NCBI GenBank assembly: GCA_944389465.1
Contig: CALXML010000001.1
Coordinates: forward strand, 487 to 64,486
Direction: 5' to 3'
Source: an uncultured Alphaproteobacteria bacterium
GTDB lineage: Bacteria > Pseudomonadota > Alphaproteobacteria > Rs-D84
DNA length: 64,000 nt
In this document: piece by piece, positions 16,602-25,613 of the stretch
Numbering within the stretch: the stretch's first letter is position 1
Layout: each line of letters opens with the position of its first letter
Translations under genes and position numbers: made by a program
The notes under the pieces: generated by a model
What the model was told of the DNA's origin: nothing
Database searches by the model: none
What the model saw: the letters and a program-made list of their open reading frames with translations, nothing else

Positions 16602-17057
16602 ATGGCAAAATTTAACATCATTACACAATTTTTAAAAGACTTCTCTTTTGAAAGCCCAAATGTACCGGAATTGTTCTTTAAGCAGGATAATGGTCAGGCA
16701 AAAATGGAAATTAATATTGATATTCAAATCAAGGGCGCAGAAAATAATTTGTTTATGGTTGATTTGATTACAAAAATTCATTCCAAGTTGGAAAATGGTG
16801 ACAAGTCTATATTCTTGATTGAATCCACTTATTCCGGTTTGGTCCAGATGGAGGAAGAAAAAGACGAAGAAGTTAAAAAACGTACTTTGTTAATTAATGT
16901 ACCGACATTGCTGTTCCCATCTGTTCGTGCGTTGATGGCGCGTATGACATCTGAATCAGGATTCCCAACATTTGTTATGCAGCCGGTTGATTTTGAAAAA
17001 CTGTATGAAGAAAAGCAAAAGCAATCACAGGCTGCCGCACCGGCAAATAATAAATAG
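16602..17057 (+). CDS. secB: protein-export chaperone SecB
   Basis: FNIITQFLKDFSFESPNVPELF... with an acidic C-terminus. Confidence 0.9.
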   Translation: MAKFNIITQFLKDFSFESPNVPELFFKQDNGQAKMEINIDIQIKGAENNLFMVDLITKIHSKLENGDKSIFLIESTYSGLVQMEEEKDEEVKKRTLLINVPTLLFPSVRALMARMTSESGFPTFVMQPVDFEKLYEEKQKQSQAAAPANNK

Positions 17058-17330
17058 TTGCTGGTAATTGGTTATTAGTTACTCGTAACTTGTAACTCGT
17101 GTATCCGCGTCCGTTTGGACGCGGATGTTTTTATTCACTGGATTGTGCCGCATAGTTACTCGTGTTTTTTGTTATATGTCATTGCGAGCCACGTCAGTGG
17201 CGTGGCAATCCATAAAAACGCATTTGCTGACGCAAATAAGTGTATAATGACTGGATTGCTTCGCTTTGCTCGCAATGACAAAAGAAGATTGCCACGGTCG
17301 GGCGTGCGTCCGCCCTCGCAATGACAAGGG
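17058..17330. repeat. mosaic REP/MITE-like repeats (short GTTACTCGT repeats, R3 hairpin, R1-spacer-R2 element, extra R2 fragment)
   Basis: The units are homologous to those at 9440-9612 and 13800-13925. Confidence 0.8.
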
Positions 17331-17348
17331 GGCACAGTACGGCATCGG

Positions 17349-17627
17349 TTATTCCAACGGACATGCTTGTTCAAATTCATATGTGCCGGATTCGTCAGTA
17401 TACTGCGTGTTTGCCGGTGCATACATTATACATGAACCAGATGGTGACGACACCAAACAACTGTCCGCTGTGCCGGCGGATGTGTATCCGGTGGGACACG
17501 AACTGTCCGATATTATTAAATATTCTTCTTCTATTGTTGCATAACCCGATGGGCACGATGTTGACGGTGCGGCGGCAAATGATGCACACGGCGTAATTGC
17601 AAAAAATAATATAAAAATTCGTTTCAT
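17349..17627 (-). CDS. small Cys-rich secreted protein (92 aa), cassette II
   Basis: MKRIFILFFAITPCASFAAAPSTSCPSGY...YTDESGTYEFEQACPLE. Start set at ATG 17627. Confidence 0.75.
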   Translation of the reverse strand: MKRIFILFFAITPCASFAAAPSTSCPSGYATIEEEYLIISDSSCPTGYTSAGTADSCLVSSPSGSCIMYAPANTQYTDESGTYEFEQACPLE

Positions 17628-17641
17628 ATTTGCCCCCACAT

Positions 17642-18064
17642 TTAATCGGACAGATTGCTGAACAACGCGGACCGGAAAGACGCATTGAACTGAGCGATGC
17701 TCGCACAGTTGTACGCGCAAAGGTCCGCGCAACGACCGCCCGACGAGTTCGCGCTGTAGAAAACCCAGCGCGACACCGCAGGTGATACCATTTTACACCA
17801 GCAATATTTGTTATCATTACTGGTTGAACTGGTCGTAACGGCGTCGGTGGTTGCACCAGCTGAACCGCCGTTTTGCGAACCGCAAAATGCAACACCCTGT
17901 ATTGATATGCCACCGCATGTTGCGGACCAATTTGATTGACCTGTTGCGCCCGAATAATCGGGACACGTTGTTGATGATGACAGTTTTACGCATTTGGTCA
18001 CGGCCATGGCCGGTGGAATTGTGGCCACACAAATCAGGCCGGCAATTAATAAATGTTTTTTCAT
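17642..18064 (-). CDS. Cys/Ser/Thr-rich secreted protein (140 aa), cassette II
   Basis: AAGGAGG RBS and ATG 18064. The N- and C-termini are nearly identical to 14246-14677, while the middle section has diverged. Confidence 0.75.
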   Translation of the reverse strand: MKKHLLIAGLICVATIPPAMAVTKCVKLSSSTTCPDYSGATGQSNWSATCGGISIQGVAFCGSQNGGSAGATTDAVTTSSTSNDNKYCWCKMVSPAVSRWVFYSANSSGGRCADLCAYNCASIAQFNASFRSALFSNLSD

Positions 18065-18252
18065 TCTAAACCTCCTTGTTTTCATTGCGAATGAAAAAAC
18101 CACCGAAATGAAGGTGGTTGGAGGTTCGAAACTATTAAAGGTAATAGTGCTGTTTATTCAATATATTCACAAGCCCTCCAACCGTGGTTGGAGATATTTT
18201 TAAATTTTCCTTTAAGAGGTTTCGACACCCCGTTAATGGAACGCCCATTAAC
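18065..18252 (-). ncRNA. structured leader RNA, copy 3 (5' UTR of cassette II)
   Basis: P0 GTTAATGG/CCATTAAC, GGGGTGT, P1 TCGAAAC/GTTTCGA, P2 CTCCAAC/GTTGGAG, P3 ACTATT/AATAGT, CCTCCAACC, terminator ACCACC...GGTGGT+TTTTTT. Confidence 0.6.
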
Positions 18253-18258
18253 ATTTTT

Positions 18259-18286
18259 ATATTATCACAGGTGACAATTAAATCAA
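18259..18286 (-). promoter_or_regulatory. promoter of leader copy 3 / cassette II
   Basis: On the minus strand, TTGATT, a 16-nt spacer and TAATAT. Confidence 0.5.
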
Positions 18287-18347
18287 CAGCAAATGTGTTT
18301 GCCGGCAACTGGCGGTGGGGGATTTTTTATGGTATAATATGTGCGCT

Positions 18348-19532
18348 ATGGCGCGGGACAAGTATCTTTATGTCAAAAATGGGGTTAGCGGGTTTTCGTT
18401 TGCTAACCTTGGGTTATTTACTGGGTTTGCTGATGGCATTTATAATGCTGTTTATTCATTGGTGTTAATGGAAATTTTTGCCAGTTCCGCCGTGGTCGGT
18501 GTGTATGTCGCAATTTATGCCGCGTTTTGTATGATTGTTGGGTTGTTCGCAAATGAAATATTTCGCAGATTTTCCAAAGTGCGCGTGTTTTATTTTGCTA
18601 TGTTGATGTTGGCGGTATGCTATGCGATGATGAGTTTTTCAATCCGCCCCAGTACTTTTGTTATTTTGGATTATACAACCGGTATTGCGATAACGTTGGT
18701 TGGTGTATTGATTCCATTATTTATGTCTGACTTTTCAGGCAAAATTGGTATGGCGCGGCTAAATTCGCGGTATCATTTATGGATGAATGTGGGGGCGTTG
18801 TTTGCGCCAACTATTGCGGTTGCAATTGCAAATCAGTTTAATAATCGTGCCGCGTTTTTTGCATCGGCCCTGATTTACTTTGCGGGATGGATGGCGTTTA
18901 AGTTATTTCGCATAGTCCAAGAAGATAAAAAAATAAAGCCGGTAAACCCGCGCAAGACTGTTCGGTCGTTGTTCAAAAATGCGGTGGCTTTTTTCAGGCG
19001 TCGCGGAATGCCACGTGCATATGCGGTGAATTTTGGGTATTATTCGTTACGTGCAATGCGGTATTTATATGTGCCGATTGTTGTTATTGAAAATGGCTTT
19101 TCGCATGATGCGTTGGGGTGGGTGTTAACGCTGGGGATTGTTCCTTATTTGATTTTATCTGAATTAATGGCCAAATTGGTGCGGCGGTATGGTAAACGTA
19201 AATGGTTGTTTGTTGGGTTTTCTTCGTTTGCGGTGTTGTCTGCGCTGGCGACATTTGTGACGGGGTATCCATTGTTGGCAATATTTGTTGCGTGGCAGGT
19301 ATCGGGTGCGCTGATGGAATCTGTACATGATTTATTATTCTTTGATACGGCGAAAAAGGCCGAACAAACTAAATTTTACGGCGTGTTTCGCACCAGTGTG
19401 AATTTACCAAATGTTGTTGCGCCAATATTGGGGGCGGTGTGTATTACTGTATTTGGCGGAACATCGGCGGTATGGGTGGTGACGGCTGTGATTGGGGCGA
19501 TATCTGCGTTATTGGTCGTTGCCAAAAAGTAA
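18348..19532 (+). CDS. MFS transporter
   Basis: About 12 predicted hydrophobic helices over the length of the ORF. The start is uncertain (18315, 18339 or 18348). Confidence 0.7.
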   Translation: MARDKYLYVKNGVSGFSFANLGLFTGFADGIYNAVYSLVLMEIFASSAVVGVYVAIYAAFCMIVGLFANEIFRRFSKVRVFYFAMLMLAVCYAMMSFSIRPSTFVILDYTTGIAITLVGVLIPLFMSDFSGKIGMARLNSRYHLWMNVGALFAPTIAVAIANQFNNRAAFFASALIYFAGWMAFKLFRIVQEDKKIKPVNPRKTVRSLFKNAVAFFRRRGMPRAYAVNFGYYSLRAMRYLYVPIVVIENGFSHDALGWVLTLGIVPYLILSELMAKLVRRYGKRKWLFVGFSSFAVLSALATFVTGYPLLAIFVAWQVSGALMESVHDLLFFDTAKKAEQTKFYGVFRTSVNLPNVVAPILGAVCITVFGGTSAVWVVTAVIGAISALLVVAKK

Positions 19533-19619
19533 TTTTGTCGTATGGGATTAAATGTTATTTTATTTGCTTATACGATAAATAATTTGTATCATTTGCGTAA
19601 TAAGAAAAGGGGAGTTTTT

Positions 19620-20717
19620 ATGGCAAAGAAAGAAGTAGCAAAAGATACGACCGCACCGGCAAAAAATCCGGCGTTGGAATCTGCATTGGCACAAATTCAA
19701 AAACAATTTGGCAAAGAAGCCATTATGAAAATGGGTGATGGTTCACAACAGAATATAGAGGCCATTTCATCCGGTTCATTGGGGTTGGATATTGCGTTGG
19801 GGATTGGCGGTTATCCGCGTGGGCGTATTGTGGAAATTTATGGCCCTGAAAGCAGTGGTAAAACAACATTGGCATTGCACGCCGTGGCCGAGGCGCAAAA
19901 GAAAGGTGGCACGTGTGCATATATTGATGCTGAAAATGCGCTGGACCCATCTTATGCTAAAAAATTGGGTGTGGATGTTGCAAATTTAATTATATCCCAG
20001 CCTGATTCCGGTGAACAGGCGTTGGAAATTGCAGATACGCTGATTAAATCGGGTGCGGTTGATGTTGTTGTTATTGATTCCGTGGCGGCATTAGTGCCCA
20101 AGGCGGAATTAGAGGGTAATATTGGTGATTCTTTTGTTGGAACGACCGCGCGTTTGATGTCGCAAAGTTTGAAAAAGTTGGCCGGTTCTGTGTCGCGCAG
20201 TAATACACTGTTAATCTTTATTAACCAAATTCGTATGAAAATTGGTGTTATGTTTGGTAATCCGGAAACCACATCTGGTGGAAATGCGTTGAAATTCTAT
20301 GCGTCTGTACGTTTGGACATTCGTCGCACCGGTCAGATAAAGGACAAGGAAAACATTATCGGTAATGAAACGCGTGTAAAAATTGTTAAGAATAAAGTTG
20401 CGCCGCCGTTCCGTACTGTTGATTTTAAAATTATGTATGGCGAGGGTATTTCCCGCATCAGTGAAATTCTGGATATGGGTGTGAAATATGATTTGATTGA
20501 AAAGGCGGGCAGTTTTTATTCATACAATAATGAACGTATGGGACAGGGTGAAAATAACGCACGTCAATGGTTGCGCGACCATCCAGATGCACAACAGGAA
20601 TTATTGGATAAAATTATGGCGCGTGCAAATGGCATTGCCGAAGAAATGACAACTGGGCCGGTGGATGACGATGATGTCGTCGGTCAGGATGCTGCACCAA
20701 ATGATGATATGGAATAG
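19620..20717 (+). CDS. recA: recombinase RecA
   Basis: [19 protein letters not shown], Walker [10 protein letters not shown], and [37 protein letters not shown]. Confidence 0.97.
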   Translation: MAKKEVAKDTTAPAKNPALESALAQIQKQFGKEAIMKMGDGSQQNIEAISSGSLGLDIALGIGGYPRGRIVEIYGPESSGKTTLALHAVAEAQKKGGTCAYIDAENALDPSYAKKLGVDVANLIISQPDSGEQALEIADTLIKSGAVDVVVIDSVAALVPKAELEGNIGDSFVGTTARLMSQSLKKLAGSVSRSNTLLIFINQIRMKIGVMFGNPETTSGGNALKFYASVRLDIRRTGQIKDKENIIGNETRVKIVKNKVAPPFRTVDFKIMYGEGISRISEILDMGVKYDLIEKAGSFYSYNNERMGQGENNARQWLRDHPDAQQELLDKIMARANGIAEEMTTGPVDDDDVVGQDAAPNDDME

Positions 20718-20762
20718 GTTGCCATGACAGATGTAGAAGAATAATTTTACAAGGGGATAAAT

Positions 20763-21671
20763 ATGAATCTGGCGCGAATGTTTGCCTTGACCGATGTGAT
20801 AGTACGCGGGCATATTCTGAACTGGTTTTGGCGTGACCGCGAAACGCGTCGTGCCGTGCGCAGTGATGTTTTGGCATCTGCCATACCGCATTATTTTCGT
20901 CGGTATCTGCCGGCGGCGGCCGCGGTTGTGGAACGTCCTGTTGTAAAAGATGATAAACATGAAAAAATCTGGACGTTGTGGTTGCAGGGCGAAGATAAAG
21001 CACCACCGTTGGTTCAGGCTTGTTTTCGGTCTGTGCGAAAAAATTGCAAACAGGAACTGGTTGTATTGGATGAAAAAACTGTGCGCGATTATATAACGTT
21101 GCCAGATATAATTTGGAAAAAGCGCGCGGCCGGTAAAATTAAAAATGCACATTTCGCGGATATTTGTCGCGTTGAATTATTATATGAACATGGCGGAATA
21201 TGGCTGGATTCAACCGGATTTGCAACCGCACCAATCCCTGATTGGATAATAGAGCAAGACTTCTTTGTATACATGGCCGGCCAGCATGTTGGCAGTCCGT
21301 ACAGTTTTATGCAAAACTGTTTTATTCGTGCGCGTCGCGGGGCGTATTTGTTGGATGCATGGCGTGCGATGATTCTGGATTACTGGATTCATGAAAATCA
21401 CAGTTTTGATTACTTTATGCATCAATTGCTGTTTAAAACATTGGTGTTAAATGACCCGCGCGCAAAAAAATATTTCGCAAAAATGCCGCACATTGACCAA
21501 GACCCAACACATGCATTGTGGTGGCAGTATGCTGATAAACCGTTTGACCAAAAAACTTTTGATGCGGTTACATCGGGGGCTTTCTTTCAAAAGACAACTT
21601 ATGCACAGGCAAAAAATCCAATACCAGATTCTTTTGCTGATGTGATGATAAATAAAATGTATAAAAACTGA
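20763..21671 (+). CDS. capsular polysaccharide synthesis (Caps_synth-like) glycosyltransferase
   Basis: The AHFADICRVELLYEHGGIWLDSTGF motif is typical of Caps_synth/OCH1-like sugar transferases. Confidence 0.6.
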   Translation: MNLARMFALTDVIVRGHILNWFWRDRETRRAVRSDVLASAIPHYFRRYLPAAAAVVERPVVKDDKHEKIWTLWLQGEDKAPPLVQACFRSVRKNCKQELVVLDEKTVRDYITLPDIIWKKRAAGKIKNAHFADICRVELLYEHGGIWLDSTGFATAPIPDWIIEQDFFVYMAGQHVGSPYSFMQNCFIRARRGAYLLDAWRAMILDYWIHENHSFDYFMHQLLFKTLVLNDPRAKKYFAKMPHIDQDPTHALWWQYADKPFDQKTFDAVTSGAFFQKTTYAQAKNPIPDSFADVMINKMYKN

Positions 21672-21688
21672 ACCAAGGGGAAATCCAA

Positions 21689-22714
21689 ATGCCGGCTATT
21701 TCTGTTATTATTCCAATATATAATGTTGAAAAATATTTACGGCGGTGTTTGGACAGTGTTCTGAATCAGACCTTTACCGATTGGCAGGCCATTTGTGTAA
21801 ATGACGGCAGTCCGGATAACTGTGCCGCTATTTTGGATGAATATGCCGCGCGTGATTCTCGCTTCAAAATAGTGACCAAGGAAAATGGTGGTCTGTCGGA
21901 TGCGCGTAATGCGGGTATGCGTGTTGCAGATGGTGATTTTATTTTATTTTTGGACAGTGACGATTTTATCCATCCGCAAACAATGGAAATTGCGTACTTT
22001 TTGGCCACACGTGACGGGTCTGATATTGTTTCGTTTACGTATGACAGAATTTATCGCCCGCAATTAATGGTGCGTCATATATTTGGATTGGAAACAGACA
22101 CCGTTGTGCCTGCACGTATGGCCAAGAAATATAAACCGGCCGCAATAAAAACATTGGTAACTGATGATGTTTATGCATATGCAACGGAACGTGCACATAA
22201 TGCATTTAATCCAAAACGCAAATGGCTGATTAAGCATTGTCAGGTGTGGAAAAATTTATATCGGCGTGAATTGATTTCTGATACGCCGTTTATCAAGGGC
22301 ATTTTGTTTGAAGATTTTCCGTGGTGGTCTGCGGTTATGCTGAAAAATCCGCGTGTGACAATTGCGCCGTTACCATTATATTTTTATGTTCCTAATTTTG
22401 GTGGAATTGTTTTATCGGCCAAACAGTTACGAATACTGCACAGTTTATGTGATGGTATTATGGATGCATATCGGCGGTATAAGGAAAACGCCACAGAATA
22501 TCAAATGGCCAAATGGTCAAAAAATTTCAAATGGTATTTTATCAAGTGGGCTTTTCGTAAAATAAAATATTTGGATAATCGCGCGGATTTAGAGGCTGCA
22601 CGCAAACGTTTCTGTGAATTAGAACGTGTGGGTGCGCTGGATATGCCGCCAACACGTTGGGCGCGCAAACTGCGTTGTAAAATTTGCCGGTTTATTAAAA
22701 TCTGTAAAAAATGA
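21689..22714 (+). CDS. glycosyltransferase family 2
   Basis: ISVIIPIYNVEKYLRRCLDSVLNQTFTDWQAICVNDGSPD ... FLDSDD. Confidence 0.9.
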   Translation: MPAISVIIPIYNVEKYLRRCLDSVLNQTFTDWQAICVNDGSPDNCAAILDEYAARDSRFKIVTKENGGLSDARNAGMRVADGDFILFLDSDDFIHPQTMEIAYFLATRDGSDIVSFTYDRIYRPQLMVRHIFGLETDTVVPARMAKKYKPAAIKTLVTDDVYAYATERAHNAFNPKRKWLIKHCQVWKNLYRRELISDTPFIKGILFEDFPWWSAVMLKNPRVTIAPLPLYFYVPNFGGIVLSAKQLRILHSLCDGIMDAYRRYKENATEYQMAKWSKNFKWYFIKWAFRKIKYLDNRADLEAARKRFCELERVGALDMPPTRWARKLRCKICRFIKICKK

Positions 22715-23853
22715 AAAAAACAAGAATAGCATTTTGTGTACGCGATATGAAAATCGGTGGTGTTGAATCTGTGTTGATTCGCACGTTGGACGCGTTATTA
22801 CAAACGCAGAAATTTGAAATTTTTGTAATTACTTATTCTAAAATAAAAGAGCAGGTATACACAGATTGGTTTGCAGCGCATCCGGATGTGCATGTTTATC
22901 CGCTGTATCCAGCGCGTTTTTTGGGAACTGATTTATCACATTTCTTTTTATTGCGGATTGTTCAACATTGGTGTCGTGATTTATATCGTTGGATTTTGCG
23001 GTTACGTAATAAAATTCGTGGGGCGGGCGACATAGATATTTTTGTTGATTATTATAATTTTTCTTTTAATTCTGAATTTCGCAAAATAAAGCAAAAGAAA
23101 GTTGTTTGGTGGCATTCGTCAATTAATAACTTTATATCCGGTAATTATATCAAGTATATGAAAAATTATGATATGTTGGTTGCGTTGACGGATGGTTTTG
23201 TTGATGAATTTAAGCAATTATATCCAGAATATGCGGATAAAGTCGTTCGTATATATAATCCGTTGGATGTGAAAAAAATATCTGTGCAATCTGATGCGGC
23301 GGCCATGCCGCGTGGCAAATATTTTTGCTGTGTTTCGCGTTTGTATGCGGACAAGGATATTCCAACAGTATTGCGGGCTTTTGATATTTTTTGGAATAAA
23401 AATAATCGCCCCAATGTAAAATTGTTTATTATTGGTGGCGGCAGTTTTCGGGACAGATATGAAAAAATGGCTGCTGCGTTATCTGTGGCGGACCACGTTG
23501 TGTTTACCGGTCCATTGGCCAATCCGTTTGGTTATATGCGTGGTGCAATGGCAAATATTTTGTCCAGTTTCAGCGAAGGTTTACCAACCGTCTTGATTGA
23601 ATCTGTGGCTGTTGGGGGGATAAATATTTCGTCTGATTGTAAAAATGGCCCGCGTGAAATTTTATATAATGGTGCAGGTGGATTATTATTTTCCCCCGGA
23701 AATGTTGATGAATTGGCGGGGTGTATGTCTGATGTATTTAATGGTGCGGTTAATGTGCGCAAAATGAAAAAAGTTGCACGTGATGGACTGCGCCGTTTTG
23801 ATTCTGATGTGATAACCAAACAAATTATGAATGTTTTAAAATCAGACGTTTGA
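22711..23853 (+). CDS. glycosyltransferase family 4 (GT-B fold)
   Basis: C-terminal EGLPTVLIESVAVGGINISSDCKNGPREIL motif (E-x7-E type). Confidence 0.8.
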   Translation: MKKTRIAFCVRDMKIGGVESVLIRTLDALLQTQKFEIFVITYSKIKEQVYTDWFAAHPDVHVYPLYPARFLGTDLSHFFLLRIVQHWCRDLYRWILRLRNKIRGAGDIDIFVDYYNFSFNSEFRKIKQKKVVWWHSSINNFISGNYIKYMKNYDMLVALTDGFVDEFKQLYPEYADKVVRIYNPLDVKKISVQSDAAAMPRGKYFCCVSRLYADKDIPTVLRAFDIFWNKNNRPNVKLFIIGGGSFRDRYEKMAAALSVADHVVFTGPLANPFGYMRGAMANILSSFSEGLPTVLIESVAVGGINISSDCKNGPREILYNGAGGLLFSPGNVDELAGCMSDVFNGAVNVRKMKKVARDGLRRFDSDVITKQIMNVLKSDV

Positions 23854-24705
23854 TTTTTTAAAGCGGGATGGAATTTTTACAACACGTTTAATCCCCATCA
23901 TACTGGGTTTATCCATTGCATAAATTGGACGGGTAAACGTTTGAATAAAACGCGCAATTTTTAACCATTTTTCGCCACGTGGGGCCATATTTGTTGTTGC
24001 ATTAATTGTGCCGTTGCCACGTCGCCGCAGATGATTTAACCAATCTGTGCCACGGGCCGCGGCCTTGTGTTCCAACATTTGCATATCAACCGCGCCAAAG
24101 TGCAACAGGTACAGATTTTTATCAATATGAAAATTGTGACCGGATATACTGTGAAATCCGCTGCCCCAATTTAAGGGTGCGTTTTTTACAACGGGTTTGG
24201 TATATCTGGTGGACAGCAATGCGTATTCACGTTGTGTCAACAGTGGGGCGCGTGTATTTAATGTTTTTTCGCATTTCATATTTTGGCCCACATCCAGTCC
24301 CAATCCTGATACCGTGTTTTTTATTTTTATGTCTGATAAATATTCGGACAATGATTTGCCCGTGTTTGGGTCAACAATTAAAAATTCATCACAATCGCAA
24401 CCGATAACAATATCATATGTTTTCAGCAGGTCGTGTGCCAGTTCGTTCATTTTTCCAATGCGGTATTTGTCGCCCGCTGCACGCGACATATCGTTATGTG
24501 GCAATTTGGTTATATGTGCTGTGCCCGCGTTTTTTGGGATTTTTTGGTCAGTGCCGTCCAGATATATGTATAAATTTTCAGTCCCGATTTCATCACCGTA
24601 ATATTTTATCCAGCGGGTCAGAAAAAAATCATCATTACGCGCCATTGTTATGGCGGCTATCTTTTTTAGTGATTTATTTGATGTTTTTTTATGTGGTGTT
24701 GTCAT
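23842..24705 (-). CDS. glycosyltransferase-like protein (GT2-related / Glyco_tranf_2_4-like)
   Basis: AAITMARNDDFFLTRWIKYYGDEIGTENLYIYLDGTDQ ... CDCDEFL. The family assignment is tentative. Confidence 0.5.
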   Translation of the reverse strand: MTTPHKKTSNKSLKKIAAITMARNDDFFLTRWIKYYGDEIGTENLYIYLDGTDQKIPKNAGTAHITKLPHNDMSRAAGDKYRIGKMNELAHDLLKTYDIVIGCDCDEFLIVDPNTGKSLSEYLSDIKIKNTVSGLGLDVGQNMKCEKTLNTRAPLLTQREYALLSTRYTKPVVKNAPLNWGSGFHSISGHNFHIDKNLYLLHFGAVDMQMLEHKAAARGTDWLNHLRRRGNGTINATTNMAPRGEKWLKIARFIQTFTRPIYAMDKPSMMGIKRVVKIPSRFKKSNV

Positions 24706-25565
24706 AGGCCCTCGGTCAAAATTTTGTGAAAAAAGTATTTTATACTGCGATACATAATTTTTATTGGATTACGCGTCAGTAACCATGATACATATTGCGC
24801 ACCATATGTTTCAGCCGCAGATGTTATTATATCATTACGCAAATCGGGGGCAATGTGGCGTAAAACATATGAAATTTGCCCGCCCAGTCGGCCATCATGA
24901 CGGACAAATGCGCACTTTTTCATAAAGGGCATGCCCGCGCGATATAATTTTTTTACATCATTATATATATTACGGCCGGATGCAGAATATATGCATTGGT
25001 ATTTTATATTATGTTTGCGTAACAGACGTGTAAGACCCTGTTCATATAAATATGTAATTGTACCCTTGTCAGGCTGATGGGTGATGGACATCATAAATTC
25101 ATCAAACCAAGATGACAGAAAAACCCTTTTACGCAGTCCGACAAACCATGACTGTATATGCGGATGTGTTTTATGCGGATTGTATACCAAACCAAAAGCA
25201 TCCGTTTTAAAAAATTCCATTTTCTGTAAGTATGGTGTGATTGGGTACAGTGGCCCATATACCGAATCGTTTACCAAATATATAACATCATAATTTTGTA
25301 AAATATCTGTATCCCGCGCGTATGTGTATGCACGCCGGTATGAACCAAAATCATATTCCCCATGTCGCGTGGCATTTGCATATAAAACGTATGGCTGAAT
25401 TTTGTTTAATTCTGATTTTGGCGCGTCGTTATCCATAAACAAAATTACGTCACCGCATTGTGCAAATTGTTTTATCATATACACCAATGACGCATTAATT
25501 TTATTTTGCGCGCTGTATCCCGCCATCAGGAAAAGACGCTTAATATTACTAGAATTTGTTTTCAT
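24702..25565 (-). CDS. polysaccharide biosynthesis protein (RgpF / rhamnan-synthesis-like)
   Basis: LFLMAGYSAQNKINASLVYMIK...HGEYDFGSYRRAY pattern. The assignment is tentative. Confidence 0.45.
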   Translation of the reverse strand: MKTNSSNIKRLFLMAGYSAQNKINASLVYMIKQFAQCGDVILFMDNDAPKSELNKIQPYVLYANATRHGEYDFGSYRRAYTYARDTDILQNYDVIYLVNDSVYGPLYPITPYLQKMEFFKTDAFGLVYNPHKTHPHIQSWFVGLRKRVFLSSWFDEFMMSITHQPDKGTITYLYEQGLTRLLRKHNIKYQCIYSASGRNIYNDVKKLYRAGMPFMKKCAFVRHDGRLGGQISYVLRHIAPDLRNDIITSAAETYGAQYVSWLLTRNPIKIMYRSIKYFFHKILTEGL

Positions 25566-25613
25566 AACTGTTTATAATTTTTACATATATTTTATTTTTT
25601 TCAAGGGTCAAAA

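Noticed and set aside
17395-17913. 172-aa ORF spanning both cassette II genes, and similar ORFs at 13935-14243 and 17817-18032
   Set aside because: These are alternative frames of the two well-supported secreted-protein genes. They have no signal peptide, no paralog conservation in that frame, and no RBS.
18094-18119. AAACCACCGAAA in the terminator of leader copy 3 as a further recombination site of the inversion system
   Set aside because: Only the 9-bp core matches. The conserved TGCCGAAA arm is missing, and the sequence is fully explained as a terminator stem. Copies 1 and 2 have different stems.
18108-18135. GGTTCGAAAC (T-loop-like) as part of a tRNA gene
   Set aside because: It lies on the opposite strand to the leader RNA. 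No acceptor or anticodon stems can be drawn around it, and the equivalent position in copy 2 reads GGTTAGAAAC. It is the P1 helix of the leader.
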